Positions 50,031-60,189 are shown, counted from the stretch's first letter. The stretch: DNA of 64,000 bases from Burkholderiales bacterium (GCA_019753155.1 JAIELG010000009.1:47744-111743), one strand, 5' to 3'. The notes: a model not told the origin generated them from the letters alone. A program made the numbers and translations.

Positions 50031-52535
50031 ATGCCAAACAAACCCCTGGTCAGAAGCAATCCCGTTCCGAACATCACCGAGCTTCCGCCTCTGGGCATGA
50101 ACAGGGCCGACCTCGTCGAAGATTTCAGACGCCATTTCACCCATACCCTGGGACGCGACAGGTACAGCCAGTCCGTCCACTATGTCTACAACGCGCTCGC
50201 CATCACATTGCGCGACAGGTTGATGGAAAGATGGAGAAAAACCAAATACGCCTACCTGGAGCAGGATTGCAAGCATACCTATTACCTCTCCCTCGAATTC
50301 CTGATGGGACGGGCGCTCGGCAACGCCATGCTGAACCTGGGCGTCACTGACGAGACTGAACGCGCCATGCTGGATCTTGGGCTCGTTCTGGAGGAACTGA
50401 CCGAGAAGGAAAAGGATGCGGGACTCGGAAACGGTGGACTCGGGCGCCTTGCGGCCTGCTTTCTCGACAGTTGCGCCACCTTGCAGCTTCCCGTGATGGG
50501 CTACGGCATACGCTACGAATACGGCATGTTCAGGCAGATCATCCAGAACGGCCGCCAGATCGAGGAGCCCGACCATTGGTTGAGGGACGGAAATCCCTGG
50601 GAAATCGAACGTCCCGAACACACTCTGCGCATTCATTACGGTGGACGCAGCGAAGCCTACAGGAGCGACAGCGGAGCCTATAGAGTGCGCTGGGTGGACA
50701 CCCAGGATGTGCTGGCGGTGCCCTACGACGTTCCCATTCCGGGTTACAGGAACGGAACGGTCAACACGCTCAGACTGTGGAAGGCCGCAGCCACCGACGA
50801 ATTCGATCTGGCGGAATTCAATGCCGGGGGTTACGCAGAATCCGTTTCGGCAAAAAACGAAGCGGAAAATATCACGATGGTGCTCTACCCCAACGATGCG
50901 AGCGAGAATGGAAAGGAGTTGCGTCTCAGACAACAGTATTTCCTCGCCTCCGCCAGCCTTCAGGACGTTCTGCGCCGCTGGGTCGATGTGCATGGAAACA
51001 ATTTCTCGAATTTCTCGGAAAAAAACTGCTTCCAGTTGAACGACACCCATCCGACATGCGCCATCGCCGAACTGATGCGCCTGTTCATGGACGAGCATGG
51101 CCTCGGGTGGGATGAAGCATGGGCCATCACGACCAGGACCATGGCCTATACCAATCACACCCTCCTTCCCGAAGCACTCGAGAAATGGCCCGTCAGGGTG
51201 TTCGAGAAACTTCTGCCGAGACTGCTCGAAATCATTTATGAAATCAATGCGCGCTTTCTCACCAAAGTGGCGAGCCGCTGGCCCTGGGAAGCCGACAGGC
51301 AGGTCAGGATGTCGCTCATCGAGGAAGGAAGCTCCCCGCATGTCAGGATGGCCTATCTTGCGATAGTAGGCTCGTTTTCAGTAAACGGCGTGGCGGCGCT
51401 TCATTCCGATCTCCTGAAAAAGGGGCTGTTCAGGGATTTTTACGAACTCTGGCCGAAGAAATTCAACAACAAGACCAACGGCGTCACCCCCCGCCGCTGG
51501 CTCGCATGGTGCAATCCGCAGCTTGCGAAACTGATCAAGGAAAAAATCGGCGAAAGCTGGATCACGGACTTGTCCGAACTCGGCAAGCTCGCCCAGTATG
51601 CAGAGGACGCAGCCTTTCGCAAGGCATGGCGCGAAGTGAAGCGCGCAAACAAATTGAAGCTCATCGAATCGGTCGCGAAGCATTGCGACGGCGTGAAGTT
51701 CGATCCTGACTCGATGTTCGATGTCCAGGTCAAGCGCATGCATGAATACAAGCGCCAGCTCCTCAACATCCTGCATGTCATCCATCTTTACAACAGGATC
51801 AAGCGCGGCGACACGGCAAACTGGACGCCCCGTTCCGTGCTGATCGGCGGCAAGGCGGCTCCCGGATACATCATGGCAAAGAGCATCATCAAGCTCATCT
51901 CGAACGTAGCCGGCATCGTCAATGGGGACGAATCCGTGAAGGATCTGCTGCAGGTCGTCTTCATGCCGAATTACAAGGTGTCCCTGATGGAGATCATCTG
52001 CCCCGCAACCGACCTTTCCGAGCAGATTTCCACCGCAGGCAAGGAAGCATCGGGCACGGGGAACATGAAATTCATGATGAACGGTGCGCTCACGATAGGC
52101 ACGCTGGACGGGGCCAACATCGAAATCCGGGAAGAAGTCGGGGAGGATAATTTCTTCCTGTTCGGACTCGATGCACAGGAGGTCGAGACCATCAGGCAAC
52201 ACTACAACCCCCGCGAAATCGTCGAAAATGACGAGGATCTCAAGCGGGTGATGCATCTGCTGGAGTCCGGACACTTCAACAAGTTCGAACACCATATTTT
52301 CGACGACATCATCCGCTCAATATACAGTCCGGGAGATCCCTGGGTGGTCGCAGCCGACTTCAGGAGCTATGTGGACGCTCAGGAGCGCGCGGCAAGGGCT
52401 TATGCGGACCGCGAAAACTGGACGAAGATGAGCATCCTCAACACGGCTTCCAGCGGCAAGTTCTCCACCGACAGGACCATGCTCGAATACAGCAGGGATA
52501 TCTGGAAGCTCGAGCGGGTCAGTCCTGCCATCTGA
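50031..52535 (+). CDS. glgP: Glycogen/maltodextrin phosphorylase (long GT35 type)
   Basis: 834 aa. YYLS.EFLMGR, GLGNGGLGRLAAC and EASGTGNMKFMMNGA are present. Confidence 0.95.
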   Translation: MPNKPLVRSNPVPNITELPPLGMNRADLVEDFRRHFTHTLGRDRYSQSVHYVYNALAITLRDRLMERWRKTKYAYLEQDCKHTYYLSLEFLMGRALGNAMLNLGVTDETERAMLDLGLVLEELTEKEKDAGLGNGGLGRLAACFLDSCATLQLPVMGYGIRYEYGMFRQIIQNGRQIEEPDHWLRDGNPWEIERPEHTLRIHYGGRSEAYRSDSGAYRVRWVDTQDVLAVPYDVPIPGYRNGTVNTLRLWKAAATDEFDLAEFNAGGYAESVSAKNEAENITMVLYPNDASENGKELRLRQQYFLASASLQDVLRRWVDVHGNNFSNFSEKNCFQLNDTHPTCAIAELMRLFMDEHGLGWDEAWAITTRTMAYTNHTLLPEALEKWPVRVFEKLLPRLLEIIYEINARFLTKVASRWPWEADRQVRMSLIEEGSSPHVRMAYLAIVGSFSVNGVAALHSDLLKKGLFRDFYELWPKKFNNKTNGVTPRRWLAWCNPQLAKLIKEKIGESWITDLSELGKLAQYAEDAAFRKAWREVKRANKLKLIESVAKHCDGVKFDPDSMFDVQVKRMHEYKRQLLNILHVIHLYNRIKRGDTANWTPRSVLIGGKAAPGYIMAKSIIKLISNVAGIVNGDESVKDLLQVVFMPNYKVSLMEIICPATDLSEQISTAGKEASGTGNMKFMMNGALTIGTLDGANIEIREEVGEDNFFLFGLDAQEVETIRQHYNPREIVENDEDLKRVMHLLESGHFNKFEHHIFDDIIRSIYSPGDPWVVAADFRSYVDAQERAARAYADRENWTKMSILNTASSGKFSTDRTMLEYSRDIWKLERVSPAI

Positions 52536-53816
52536 TTAACGTGCAAGGCGCTGGCAGAGCGACTGGATGATACGCCGCGACAGTTTCGTGCTGTCGTTCA
52601 CGAGCGTATCGAACGTTTCGGGCGAAAAAACGAAGAGAAAACAATCCGTTTCCGCAATGGCGGAGGCCGTTCTGCGCTCGTTCAGCAAATACGCCATTTC
52701 CCCGAAAATTTCCCCCTGGGGCAGCGTCCTGATCCTGAATCTATTTCCGTTCTCCTCGCGGTAGAATCCGACCTCGCCCTTGTACAGGTAGTACACCGAT
52801 TTGGAGTCTTCGTTCTGACTGATGATCGCTTCGCCCTTCGGATAACGAAAACCGTATTTCTCGAAAATCCGGGTTGAGCGATTGAACAGGAAATCCTCGA
52901 TTTTCGCAGCCAAGGCCCCTCTGTCTCGGCTGTCCAGAAAAATCTTCTCGAGCGCTATCACGTCTATCTTTCCCGCGGCATAGAGAAATTCCGCCCATAG
53001 AAAGAAAATGACGCAGGCGGAATACACCCAGATCAGGGCGAAGATGATCGCGCCCACGGAACCGTAAATCATGTTGTACTTGTCCACGCTCAGGGCATGC
53101 CCCAGAACGGCTTTCGCAGCCAGTACGGACAGGGTGCAGAGGATGCTGCTGACCAGCGTGGGCAGGAAAGCGGGCTTCTGCGAAGGCAGGCGGTAATAGG
53201 CGAGGAAGATGACCAGCCAGAGCAGGAGGATGGGAATGACGGCTTGCGCAAAACCGAAGACCGCGCTCAACACCATGTCCGGCACCGGGCTGCCGGACAG
53301 GTAAAAATCCGGATGATCGGAGAGGTAACTGCCGAAAATAGCGAGGACCACGATCAGGCAGGCAAGGGGTATGACCAGAAGCGATATCGCCCATACCGAA
53401 ATCAAACTCCTCTTTTCGAAATCGGCGAAGATCACATCGAATGTGCTCTGTACCGATTGCATCAAACCCGCAGAACTCCACAGCAGGGTCAGAATGCTCA
53501 CGCCCCCGGTCAATTTGCCCGTATTCGAAGAAAGGTTGATGTTTTTCAGGGGATCGATATTCAGGGCCATATCCAGCGTGGAAATCAGGGAAAGAAATCT
53601 CGCGTGCAGTTCCGGGTAAGCGCCGAGGAGAGAATTGAAAATGAAGATGATCAGCAAAATGAGGGGAACGATCGCCAGAAGGAAATAATAGGCTACGGCA
53701 GCGGCATGATTTTGCATCTCCGTCTTGAGGAACAGGTTCAGGGTGACATAGCCGACCTGGGAGAACCAGTTCACCTTATCCTGGATACGACGCAAAACCG
53801 GAACTTTCCTGTGCAT
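52536..53816 (-). CDS. YihY/BrkB-family membrane protein fused to a C-terminal cyclic-nucleotide-binding domain
   Basis: The N-terminal part reads ...NHAAAVAYYFLLAIVPL... and has about six hydrophobic segments. The C-terminal part has GEIFGEMAYLLNERRTASAIA. The start is uncertain between 53816, which has a G-rich RBS, and 53957. Confidence 0.75.
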   Translation of the reverse strand: MHRKVPVLRRIQDKVNWFSQVGYVTLNLFLKTEMQNHAAAVAYYFLLAIVPLILLIIFIFNSLLGAYPELHARFLSLISTLDMALNIDPLKNINLSSNTGKLTGGVSILTLLWSSAGLMQSVQSTFDVIFADFEKRSLISVWAISLLVIPLACLIVVLAIFGSYLSDHPDFYLSGSPVPDMVLSAVFGFAQAVIPILLLWLVIFLAYYRLPSQKPAFLPTLVSSILCTLSVLAAKAVLGHALSVDKYNMIYGSVGAIIFALIWVYSACVIFFLWAEFLYAAGKIDVIALEKIFLDSRDRGALAAKIEDFLFNRSTRIFEKYGFRYPKGEAIISQNEDSKSVYYLYKGEVGFYREENGNRFRIRTLPQGEIFGEMAYLLNERRTASAIAETDCFLFVFSPETFDTLVNDSTKLSRRIIQSLCQRLAR

Positions 53817-53978
53817 GACTTCCCCCCCGTTATGAATGTCCGAAGTAAAACGCATCCCGGCTCCTGCCGTCAAGCTTTCCGGAATCCCAATACAGTGCCT
53901 TGAATAATTGAATCTTCTTCCCATACGCGGTATATTCACGAATATTTCAGACATCAAAAAATAGGCGGAACCTTAAAT

Positions 53979-54344
53979 ATGCTTCGAATTCTCCTGGTCG
54001 AGGACAACGAAATGAATCGCGACATGCTTTCAAGGCGACTGGAGCGGAAAAATTTTCAGGTAATCATCGCCGTCGACGGCGCGGAAGGCGTGGCAAAAGC
54101 CGAAGAGGAACATCCCGACCTGATCCTGATGGACATGAGCCTGCCGGTCATGGATGGATGGGAAGCCACGAGGCAAGTCAAGTCTTCGCCAAAAACCGCC
54201 CATATCCCCATCATCGGCCTGACCGCTCACGCCATGGCGTCGGACCGTGAAAAATGCCTCAACGCGGGCTGCGACGATTACGATACCAAGCCTGTCGATA
54301 TCGTCCGCCTCATGTCGAAGATTCAGGCACAGTTGGACAAATAA
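53979..54344 (+). CDS. Single-domain response regulator (CheY-like)
   Basis: ILLVEDNEMNR..., DLILMDMSLPVMDG, ...LTAHA and ...DDYDTKP are all canonical. Confidence 0.9.
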   Translation: MLRILLVEDNEMNRDMLSRRLERKNFQVIIAVDGAEGVAKAEEEHPDLILMDMSLPVMDGWEATRQVKSSPKTAHIPIIGLTAHAMASDREKCLNAGCDDYDTKPVDIVRLMSKIQAQLDK

Positions 54345-54345
54345 G

Positions 54346-57099
54346 CTACGCTTGAGGCGTCGCTGACAGGGCATCCACCCGGCAGTATCTGGGATCCAGC
54401 GTTACGCGGCCGGCTTTAAGCGCGATCGCCTCAGGATGTCCGAGCAGTTGCCGCAGTCGTTTCAGCGTGGTTGTAAAGGACTGATGGGCGTGGTCGCCTT
54501 CCGCATCCGGCCACAACTCGTCACATATTCTCTCCTCGGCCCCCCCCGTCGCGCCATGCCCGATGATCGCCGTCAGCATTTCCAGAGGCTTCTTCTGAAC
54601 CTTGCCGGAAAACTCCAGGGGCTTGCCGTCCACCACGATCCTGAATGTTTCGCCGGTATAAATCCTGACCGGATAGGGCCAGTTCGCCATGGGCGCTTCC
54701 GGAACCAGGTTGAACCTCATGACTATGTCTTGCACAAATTCCGTTTCGATCCCCGATTCCAGGGCCTTGCCGCAAACGAAAGCGATGTCCTGCCGCCGCC
54801 ATCTGTCGAAATTCATGATGCCGTATTTTTTACCGATGCAAAGCGCCCGTTTCAGCGACTCCGCCCCCGGAATTTCGTTTTCATGCCGAAAATGAATCAA
54901 TGCATCCAGCAAATGACAGGAAAATTCCAGATACAGGCTTTTCATTCTGGACGCGATTTCGAATGCGGCTTCGACATGAGGTTTGACTTCCTCCGGGGAG
55001 ACGCCGTTCAAAAACAGGGCATATGCCAGAATCAGGTGCGAAACTGCAGCGGGAAACATGAAGCCGATTTTTTCCGAGAGATCCAGCGTAATCCTCGCAT
55101 GTTCCGCAGCAAGACGAAAATCGCCTTTGCAAAGGACATGAAACGAAGCCGCATAATGATAATGCGCAACATCGCCCGTATTCGCCTGATTGGTGGCAGC
55201 CTCCATTTTCCCCAGGTACTGCGATGCCGCTTCCATATCGCCGCAGAGCAGGGCACCGTAGACGCCCTGGGCATAAAGCTTTGAATCGAAAATGCGGACG
55301 CCGGAATCTTCCGCCATCTGCAGTCCGCTCTCGACGGCTTTCCCATAGGTCTCGAATCTTGCCGATGTCCAGTCGACCACGGCTGCGAACAAATGCACCG
55401 TGATCCGGTATATCGGAGCGATATCGGGCCGGCGCGCAATCGATTCGAGTTCCTGCATCATCATGGATATGATGCCGCCATTCCCGATCCAGATGTAATA
55501 CATCGTGAGGGACAGGCCGCATTTCATTTTCGAATTCCCGTCAGGAACGCTCCTCCTGATCATGCCTTCCATCCTGTCCGCCCATGGCTCGATACGGGAA
55601 TGATCCGGACAACAATAGGCCAGTGCTTCGGTCATGCTGCGGGTCACATGGATTTCCATCTCGCCGGGAATGTCGCCGTAACGATCGATCAGCCGCTCCA
55701 TCCGGGCCACCCACGGCATCGCCTGGCCGATGTCGTTCCATCCGTATAAGTGGGAGTCGATCACGGCCGCGCAGGACAGCATCGAACCTTCCCTGCTGCC
55801 CGCCAGATCGAACATGGCGAATGCTTTTTCCAGGAAATCGCGGCTTTCGAGGGGATTGAAAAGCATCCTGCATATCCCGCGCCAGTAAAGAATCCATGGA
55901 TTGCTCCCCGCAATTTCGACGGGAAGCGCTTCAAGCCAGCGCCCCAATGTCTGGCTCCAGCCCCGAGCCATGACCAAAGGCGCATGGGTGAGAATCGATG
56001 AAACGGCCCCGTCCCAGTCCCCACTCTCCGCATAAAGCCGGACAGCCTCTTCGATGCGCCCATATTCCAGCATCAGCTCGGCTGCCGTTTTCCTTATGGC
56101 CCCGGTTTCTTCAGGCGAGAACAGATCTCTTGCAGCCGAAAGCAAAAAGCCCCTGAACAGGGCATGATAGCGGTAAACGGGATCGCTCTGCCCCTGCCTT
56201 TCGGTGAAAAAATTATTCCTGTTCAATCTCGATAGAATTTCCCCGGGATTGGAAACGCCGCCGAGCATTCCGGCGATTTTCAGCGTCATATCTGGGACAA
56301 AAGCGGTTTTGAGCAGAAAAGTCCTGGTTTCCGCATCGAGGCCATCGAATATTTCGGCCGCAAAATAATCGAATACGACCCTCGGCCTGAAGCTCTCCAG
56401 AATCTGCCCGCAATCGAATGCATCCGACCTGCAGGCTTCGCCCACAAGCACGAGTCCGGCCGCCCATCCCTCGGTTTTTTCGCAAAGCTGCTCCAGAGCC
56501 TGATCGCTGCCTTCTATCCCTGCAAGCAAGCCGCATTCCTGCGGGTTGAAGCGTATATCCTCCCAACCGAAGAGGGTCAATTTATTCGATGCGCGCAAAC
56601 GCGCGAATTCGGGCGGAGGCTCGCCCCTGCTGATCAGGATCGCATCGATCCCCTCGGGCATAACCGAAAACCCCTGGCAAATGATCTTGTGAAATTCGGC
56701 GCTCGCCGCCTCCTGAAAGTTGTCGAATACCAGCGTAAAAGGCGTTTTCAGCCTGAGAAAAAATTTCTCGAAATATCTCAATGCAAATACCTGGCTACCC
56801 GGCAGATATTCAGGCGTCAACAAAGGAAGTCCGGTCCGGTATCCCGGTGCGGCCTTTTTTGCGGCGAGTCCGAAATAGTAAAAGAAATTGGCGATATCCG
56901 CATCGCCTTCATCCACCTGATACCACAAAGAGCGCAGCCCCCTGGAATCGAGGAAACTTGCCGCCAGCGAAGTTTTCCCCGAACCGGCAGGCGCCGAAAG
57001 CCAGGTGATGCTTCGCCTTTCGTCCAGACGCAAAAACACTCTTTCCCGTGAAAAAATTTCCGCCAAATTAGGCTTCCTGATTTTGGCATTCCCAGTCAT
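54346..57099 (-). CDS. STAND-type NTPase regulator (MalT-like P-loop, long helical/TPR-like middle) with a C-terminal OmpR/SARP-like winged helix
   Basis: The N-terminus reads ...RERVFLRLDER.....LSAPAGSGKTSLAASFL......LWYQVDEGDAD..NFF.Y. The C-terminus reads ...KKPLEMLTAIIG......ERICDELWPD...DHAHQSFTTTLKRLRQLLG. The start could be 57099 or 57144. Confidence 0.7.
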   Translation of the reverse strand: MTGNAKIRKPNLAEIFSRERVFLRLDERRSITWLSAPAGSGKTSLAASFLDSRGLRSLWYQVDEGDADIANFFYYFGLAAKKAAPGYRTGLPLLTPEYLPGSQVFALRYFEKFFLRLKTPFTLVFDNFQEAASAEFHKIICQGFSVMPEGIDAILISRGEPPPEFARLRASNKLTLFGWEDIRFNPQECGLLAGIEGSDQALEQLCEKTEGWAAGLVLVGEACRSDAFDCGQILESFRPRVVFDYFAAEIFDGLDAETRTFLLKTAFVPDMTLKIAGMLGGVSNPGEILSRLNRNNFFTERQGQSDPVYRYHALFRGFLLSAARDLFSPEETGAIRKTAAELMLEYGRIEEAVRLYAESGDWDGAVSSILTHAPLVMARGWSQTLGRWLEALPVEIAGSNPWILYWRGICRMLFNPLESRDFLEKAFAMFDLAGSREGSMLSCAAVIDSHLYGWNDIGQAMPWVARMERLIDRYGDIPGEMEIHVTRSMTEALAYCCPDHSRIEPWADRMEGMIRRSVPDGNSKMKCGLSLTMYYIWIGNGGIISMMMQELESIARRPDIAPIYRITVHLFAAVVDWTSARFETYGKAVESGLQMAEDSGVRIFDSKLYAQGVYGALLCGDMEAASQYLGKMEAATNQANTGDVAHYHYAASFHVLCKGDFRLAAEHARITLDLSEKIGFMFPAAVSHLILAYALFLNGVSPEEVKPHVEAAFEIASRMKSLYLEFSCHLLDALIHFRHENEIPGAESLKRALCIGKKYGIMNFDRWRRQDIAFVCGKALESGIETEFVQDIVMRFNLVPEAPMANWPYPVRIYTGETFRIVVDGKPLEFSGKVQKKPLEMLTAIIGHGATGGAEERICDELWPDAEGDHAHQSFTTTLKRLRQLLGHPEAIALKAGRVTLDPRYCRVDALSATPQA

Positions 57100-57210
57100 T
57101 TTCCCATCCCCCCCATTTGCAAAAATCATGCATCTCGCTTGCAATATGTATCCAATCCGTCACTTTTCTTCCCGCATACTGCCGGTATTTCAAATTCGAT
57201 AGAGACATGC

Positions 57211-57825
57211 ATGAAAACATTGCCGAAGTTCCTGCTCTGCATGGCGCTGGCCTTCTCCGGCAACGCGCAGGCCAACCTCATCGTCAACGGAAGTTTCGAA
57301 AATCCAGTGATAGCGGCAGGCACATTCGTTCCATACGCAAACGGATCGACCGCCATCACCGGCTGGACGGTTGCCTCCGGATACTATACCGACATCATCA
57401 GCAACGGCTTCTGGACCACGACGACGCCCTACGGCAGCCAGTATCTTTACCTGAACGATTCGGGGCGCGCGGATGCCGCCATATGGCAGGATGTTGCCCT
57501 GGCTTCCGGAGCGAATTACAGCCTGAGTTTCGCATTGAACGGCCTCGGCAATTCCGGGTCATCGGTCTCGGTCAGCCTGACGGGCGCAGCCAGCAGCGGC
57601 TTCGCGACGAGGACTGCGTCGAGCATAAGCAACTGGACGCAGTTCTCCTACAATTTCACCCCCGCAGCTTCCGGCAGTTATCGCCTCACTTTCTCCTCTC
57701 CTGCAGGAGGATACGTCATGCTCGACAACGTTCAGATCAACAGCGCAGTTCCGGAACCGGAAACGCTCGCCCTGCTTTTCGCCGGATTCATGGCTATCGG
57801 TTTCAAGCGAAAAATTGTAACATGA
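57211..57825 (+). CDS. PEP-CTERM-anchored secreted protein with a DUF642-like N-terminal domain
   Basis: It has a signal peptide, NLIVNGSFE.P...........I.GW, and the C-terminal VPEPETLALLFAGFMAIGFKRK sorting signal. Confidence 0.85.
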   Translation: MKTLPKFLLCMALAFSGNAQANLIVNGSFENPVIAAGTFVPYANGSTAITGWTVASGYYTDIISNGFWTTTTPYGSQYLYLNDSGRADAAIWQDVALASGANYSLSFALNGLGNSGSSVSVSLTGAASSGFATRTASSISNWTQFSYNFTPAASGSYRLTFSSPAGGYVMLDNVQINSAVPEPETLALLFAGFMAIGFKRKIVT

Positions 57826-57930
57826 TGCGATAATAGTAATATATTGCGCATCCCTTTTCTTTTAAGACTGGGCATGGCAGAATTAGCTCGACTATAAAGT
57901 CGACACATACTATAAACTCAAGGGGAAGTC

Positions 57931-59214
57931 ATGAAATTTATCAGGTCTGCAAGGTCCGCGATGACCTTGTGCATATCGCTTCTTTCCGCAATGCCGATTC
58001 ACGCCATGGCCGGCCTGAACAGCCTTCTACCCAGCCTCTATGGCGGCAATGGCGTTTACCTGTGGCTGGTCCCCGGCAGCGCATTCCCGCACTATGGACA
58101 TTTCGCCGCCGATGCCCTGATGCACTTCAACATGCTCAACGACAGCATATCGAGCCAGATGGGCGCATACCCCACGAGTTCGGGCGCGGGAGGCTTCGCC
58201 TTCGAGTACGACGAGGAACTCGGCACTTATACGAAAAAGACTCAAAGCCTCGGCCCTATTTTCGCTGAACGCGCGAACACGCTGGGCAAAGGCAAGTTCA
58301 ATTTCAACGTTTCCTACTCCTTCTTCGACTTCAACAGCTACAATGGAACCGACCTGGGCAGCCAGCAGATCGTGGCGGACCATATGCCGATGTTCAACGC
58401 CAACGGCACCCCCCTCATCAATACCAACCCGGCTTTCGGACCGGTGGGGCAGCCTTATGTGTTCACCCTCGACAAGGTTCTCGTCAATCTCAACCTCAGG
58501 ATTCACACCCAGATCCTCAATCTGGGCGGCACCTATGGCATAACGGACAAACTCGATGTCGGCGCGCTTGTGCCTTACGTCCGCATTCAGGAATCCATAT
58601 ACGCCCACGGCATAATCCAGATTTCCCCACTGAACAACGGCAGATTCAGAACAGTCCACCAGTGGCAACCGGGGGCGACATTCAACAACGGCATAAACGG
58701 CCCCTACGGCCCCGATTCCACTGCCAGCGGGAGCGCTGCAGGACTCGGCGACATCATGCTGCACGCCAAGTATCAGTGGCTGCAAAGCGACACCCACAAT
58801 CTCGCCGGAGCGCTTTATGTCGTGCTGCCTACGGGCGATAAAAGCAACTTCCTCGGCACCGGGGAGGCAAAAGTCAAACCGACCGTGATTTATTCCCGCA
58901 CCTACTTCGAAACACTCACCCCGCATCTGAACCTCGGTTACAATTTCGATCTCTCCAACGCAACCAGGAATGCCGTCGAGTATGCCGCAGGCTTCGACTT
59001 TGGAGCGAGCAAAACCCTGACGGCAAGCGCAGACATCATAGGGCGCACCGAACCGAGAGGCGATGGCACAGGCGAAAAAATAGACGGCTCGGTCGGCTTC
59101 AAATGGATTTCTCCGGCGGAATACGTATACACTGTGAACACGTTGCTGCCCCTCAATCACGCCGGATTGCGATCGAATCTGATAACAATGTTCAATGTGG
59201 AACATGCACTCTGA
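57931..59214 (+). CDS. Putative outer-membrane beta-barrel transporter (MetA-pathway/phenol-degradation-like)
   Basis: It has a signal peptide, alternating beta-strand pattern and a GLGDIML motif. The family call is tentative. Confidence 0.5.
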   Translation: MKFIRSARSAMTLCISLLSAMPIHAMAGLNSLLPSLYGGNGVYLWLVPGSAFPHYGHFAADALMHFNMLNDSISSQMGAYPTSSGAGGFAFEYDEELGTYTKKTQSLGPIFAERANTLGKGKFNFNVSYSFFDFNSYNGTDLGSQQIVADHMPMFNANGTPLINTNPAFGPVGQPYVFTLDKVLVNLNLRIHTQILNLGGTYGITDKLDVGALVPYVRIQESIYAHGIIQISPLNNGRFRTVHQWQPGATFNNGINGPYGPDSTASGSAAGLGDIMLHAKYQWLQSDTHNLAGALYVVLPTGDKSNFLGTGEAKVKPTVIYSRTYFETLTPHLNLGYNFDLSNATRNAVEYAAGFDFGASKTLTASADIIGRTEPRGDGTGEKIDGSVGFKWISPAEYVYTVNTLLPLNHAGLRSNLITMFNVEHAL

Positions 59215-60163
59215 TTTTCCCGAACATATCCGCCGCGTCGCAACTTCAGGCAAGACGGCATTGCGCCTTCTTGCCTTTGCGGCCGCTTTTGCCTGTCTGT
59301 CCATTGCCCATGCCGACAATGGCCTGGTTGTCATCAAAAGCCATGACATCGACCCCTACAATCAGGCTCTGGCAGGATTCAAGGAAATGTGCACGAAGGA
59401 TGTCACCCAATACAACCTCGGGGGCAGCAGGGACAACATCCCCAAGTACTCCCAGGAAATCGCAGCGGCAAAACCGAAGCTCGTTCTCGCCATCGGCCTT
59501 CTCGCCGCAAAAATGGCAAAGGACAATCTGAAGGATTTTCAGATCCTTTACATCATGATTTCGAATCCCAGGAAATACGGCCTCATCGGGAACAATATCG
59601 CCGGAATCACGCTGGACATACCGCTCGAAATCCAGTTCAGGACTTACAGAAAGATCATGCCGAAAATGAAAACGGTAGGGATGATTTACGACCCGGCGAA
59701 ATCGGAAGAAAGGATACGCGAAGCGCGTGCTGCGGCAGAAAAACTCGGACTGGAACTGACAACGAAATCGGTGTCCTCGCAGAAGGACGTGCCCGAGGCT
59801 GTGCGGCAGTTGCTCGGCAAGATCGACGCGCTCCTGATCATTCCGGATGAAACCGTCGTGACGGCGGAATCGTTCAAGTATTTTCTGGTGACCACGCTCG
59901 AAAACAAGATCCCTTTCCTTTCCCCATCGGAAATCTTCGTCGAAGGCGGAGCGCTCGCATCCCTCACTCCGAATTTTACCGATGTCGGCAGACAAAGCTG
60001 CGAACTCGCAACTTCGCTCATGTCCGGAAAACTGAATTCATCCGAAGCAGGGGCCTCCCCTCCGAGGAAAGTGGATCTGTTCCTCAACGGCAAGACCGCA
60101 AACACGATCGGCCTGCCCATTCCGAAAACCATTCTGGAATCGGCAAAAACCGTATATCAATAG
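59195..60163 (+). CDS. Periplasmic binding protein of the 'ABC transporter substrate-binding' (ABC_sub_bind-like) type, with no transporter genes nearby
   Basis: It has a signal peptide (...LLAFAAAFACLSIAHA) and a type I PBP-like alternating pattern (...VGMIYDP..SE......A..LGLEL......S..DV..A...L..KIDAL...PD). It lies upstream of a sensor kinase. Confidence 0.7.
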   Translation: MWNMHSDFPEHIRRVATSGKTALRLLAFAAAFACLSIAHADNGLVVIKSHDIDPYNQALAGFKEMCTKDVTQYNLGGSRDNIPKYSQEIAAAKPKLVLAIGLLAAKMAKDNLKDFQILYIMISNPRKYGLIGNNIAGITLDIPLEIQFRTYRKIMPKMKTVGMIYDPAKSEERIREARAAAEKLGLELTTKSVSSQKDVPEAVRQLLGKIDALLIIPDETVVTAESFKYFLVTTLENKIPFLSPSEIFVEGGALASLTPNFTDVGRQSCELATSLMSGKLNSSEAGASPPRKVDLFLNGKTANTIGLPIPKTILESAKTVYQ

Positions 60164-60189
60164 CATGTTCACGAAAGCATGATCGGGCG

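Noticed and set aside
57869-57887. A sigma-54-like string TGGGCATGGCAGAATTAGC upstream of the outer-membrane barrel gene.
   Set aside because: The GG-to-GC spacing is wrong in either register (8 or 13 nt instead of 10), and there is no TTGC -12 element.
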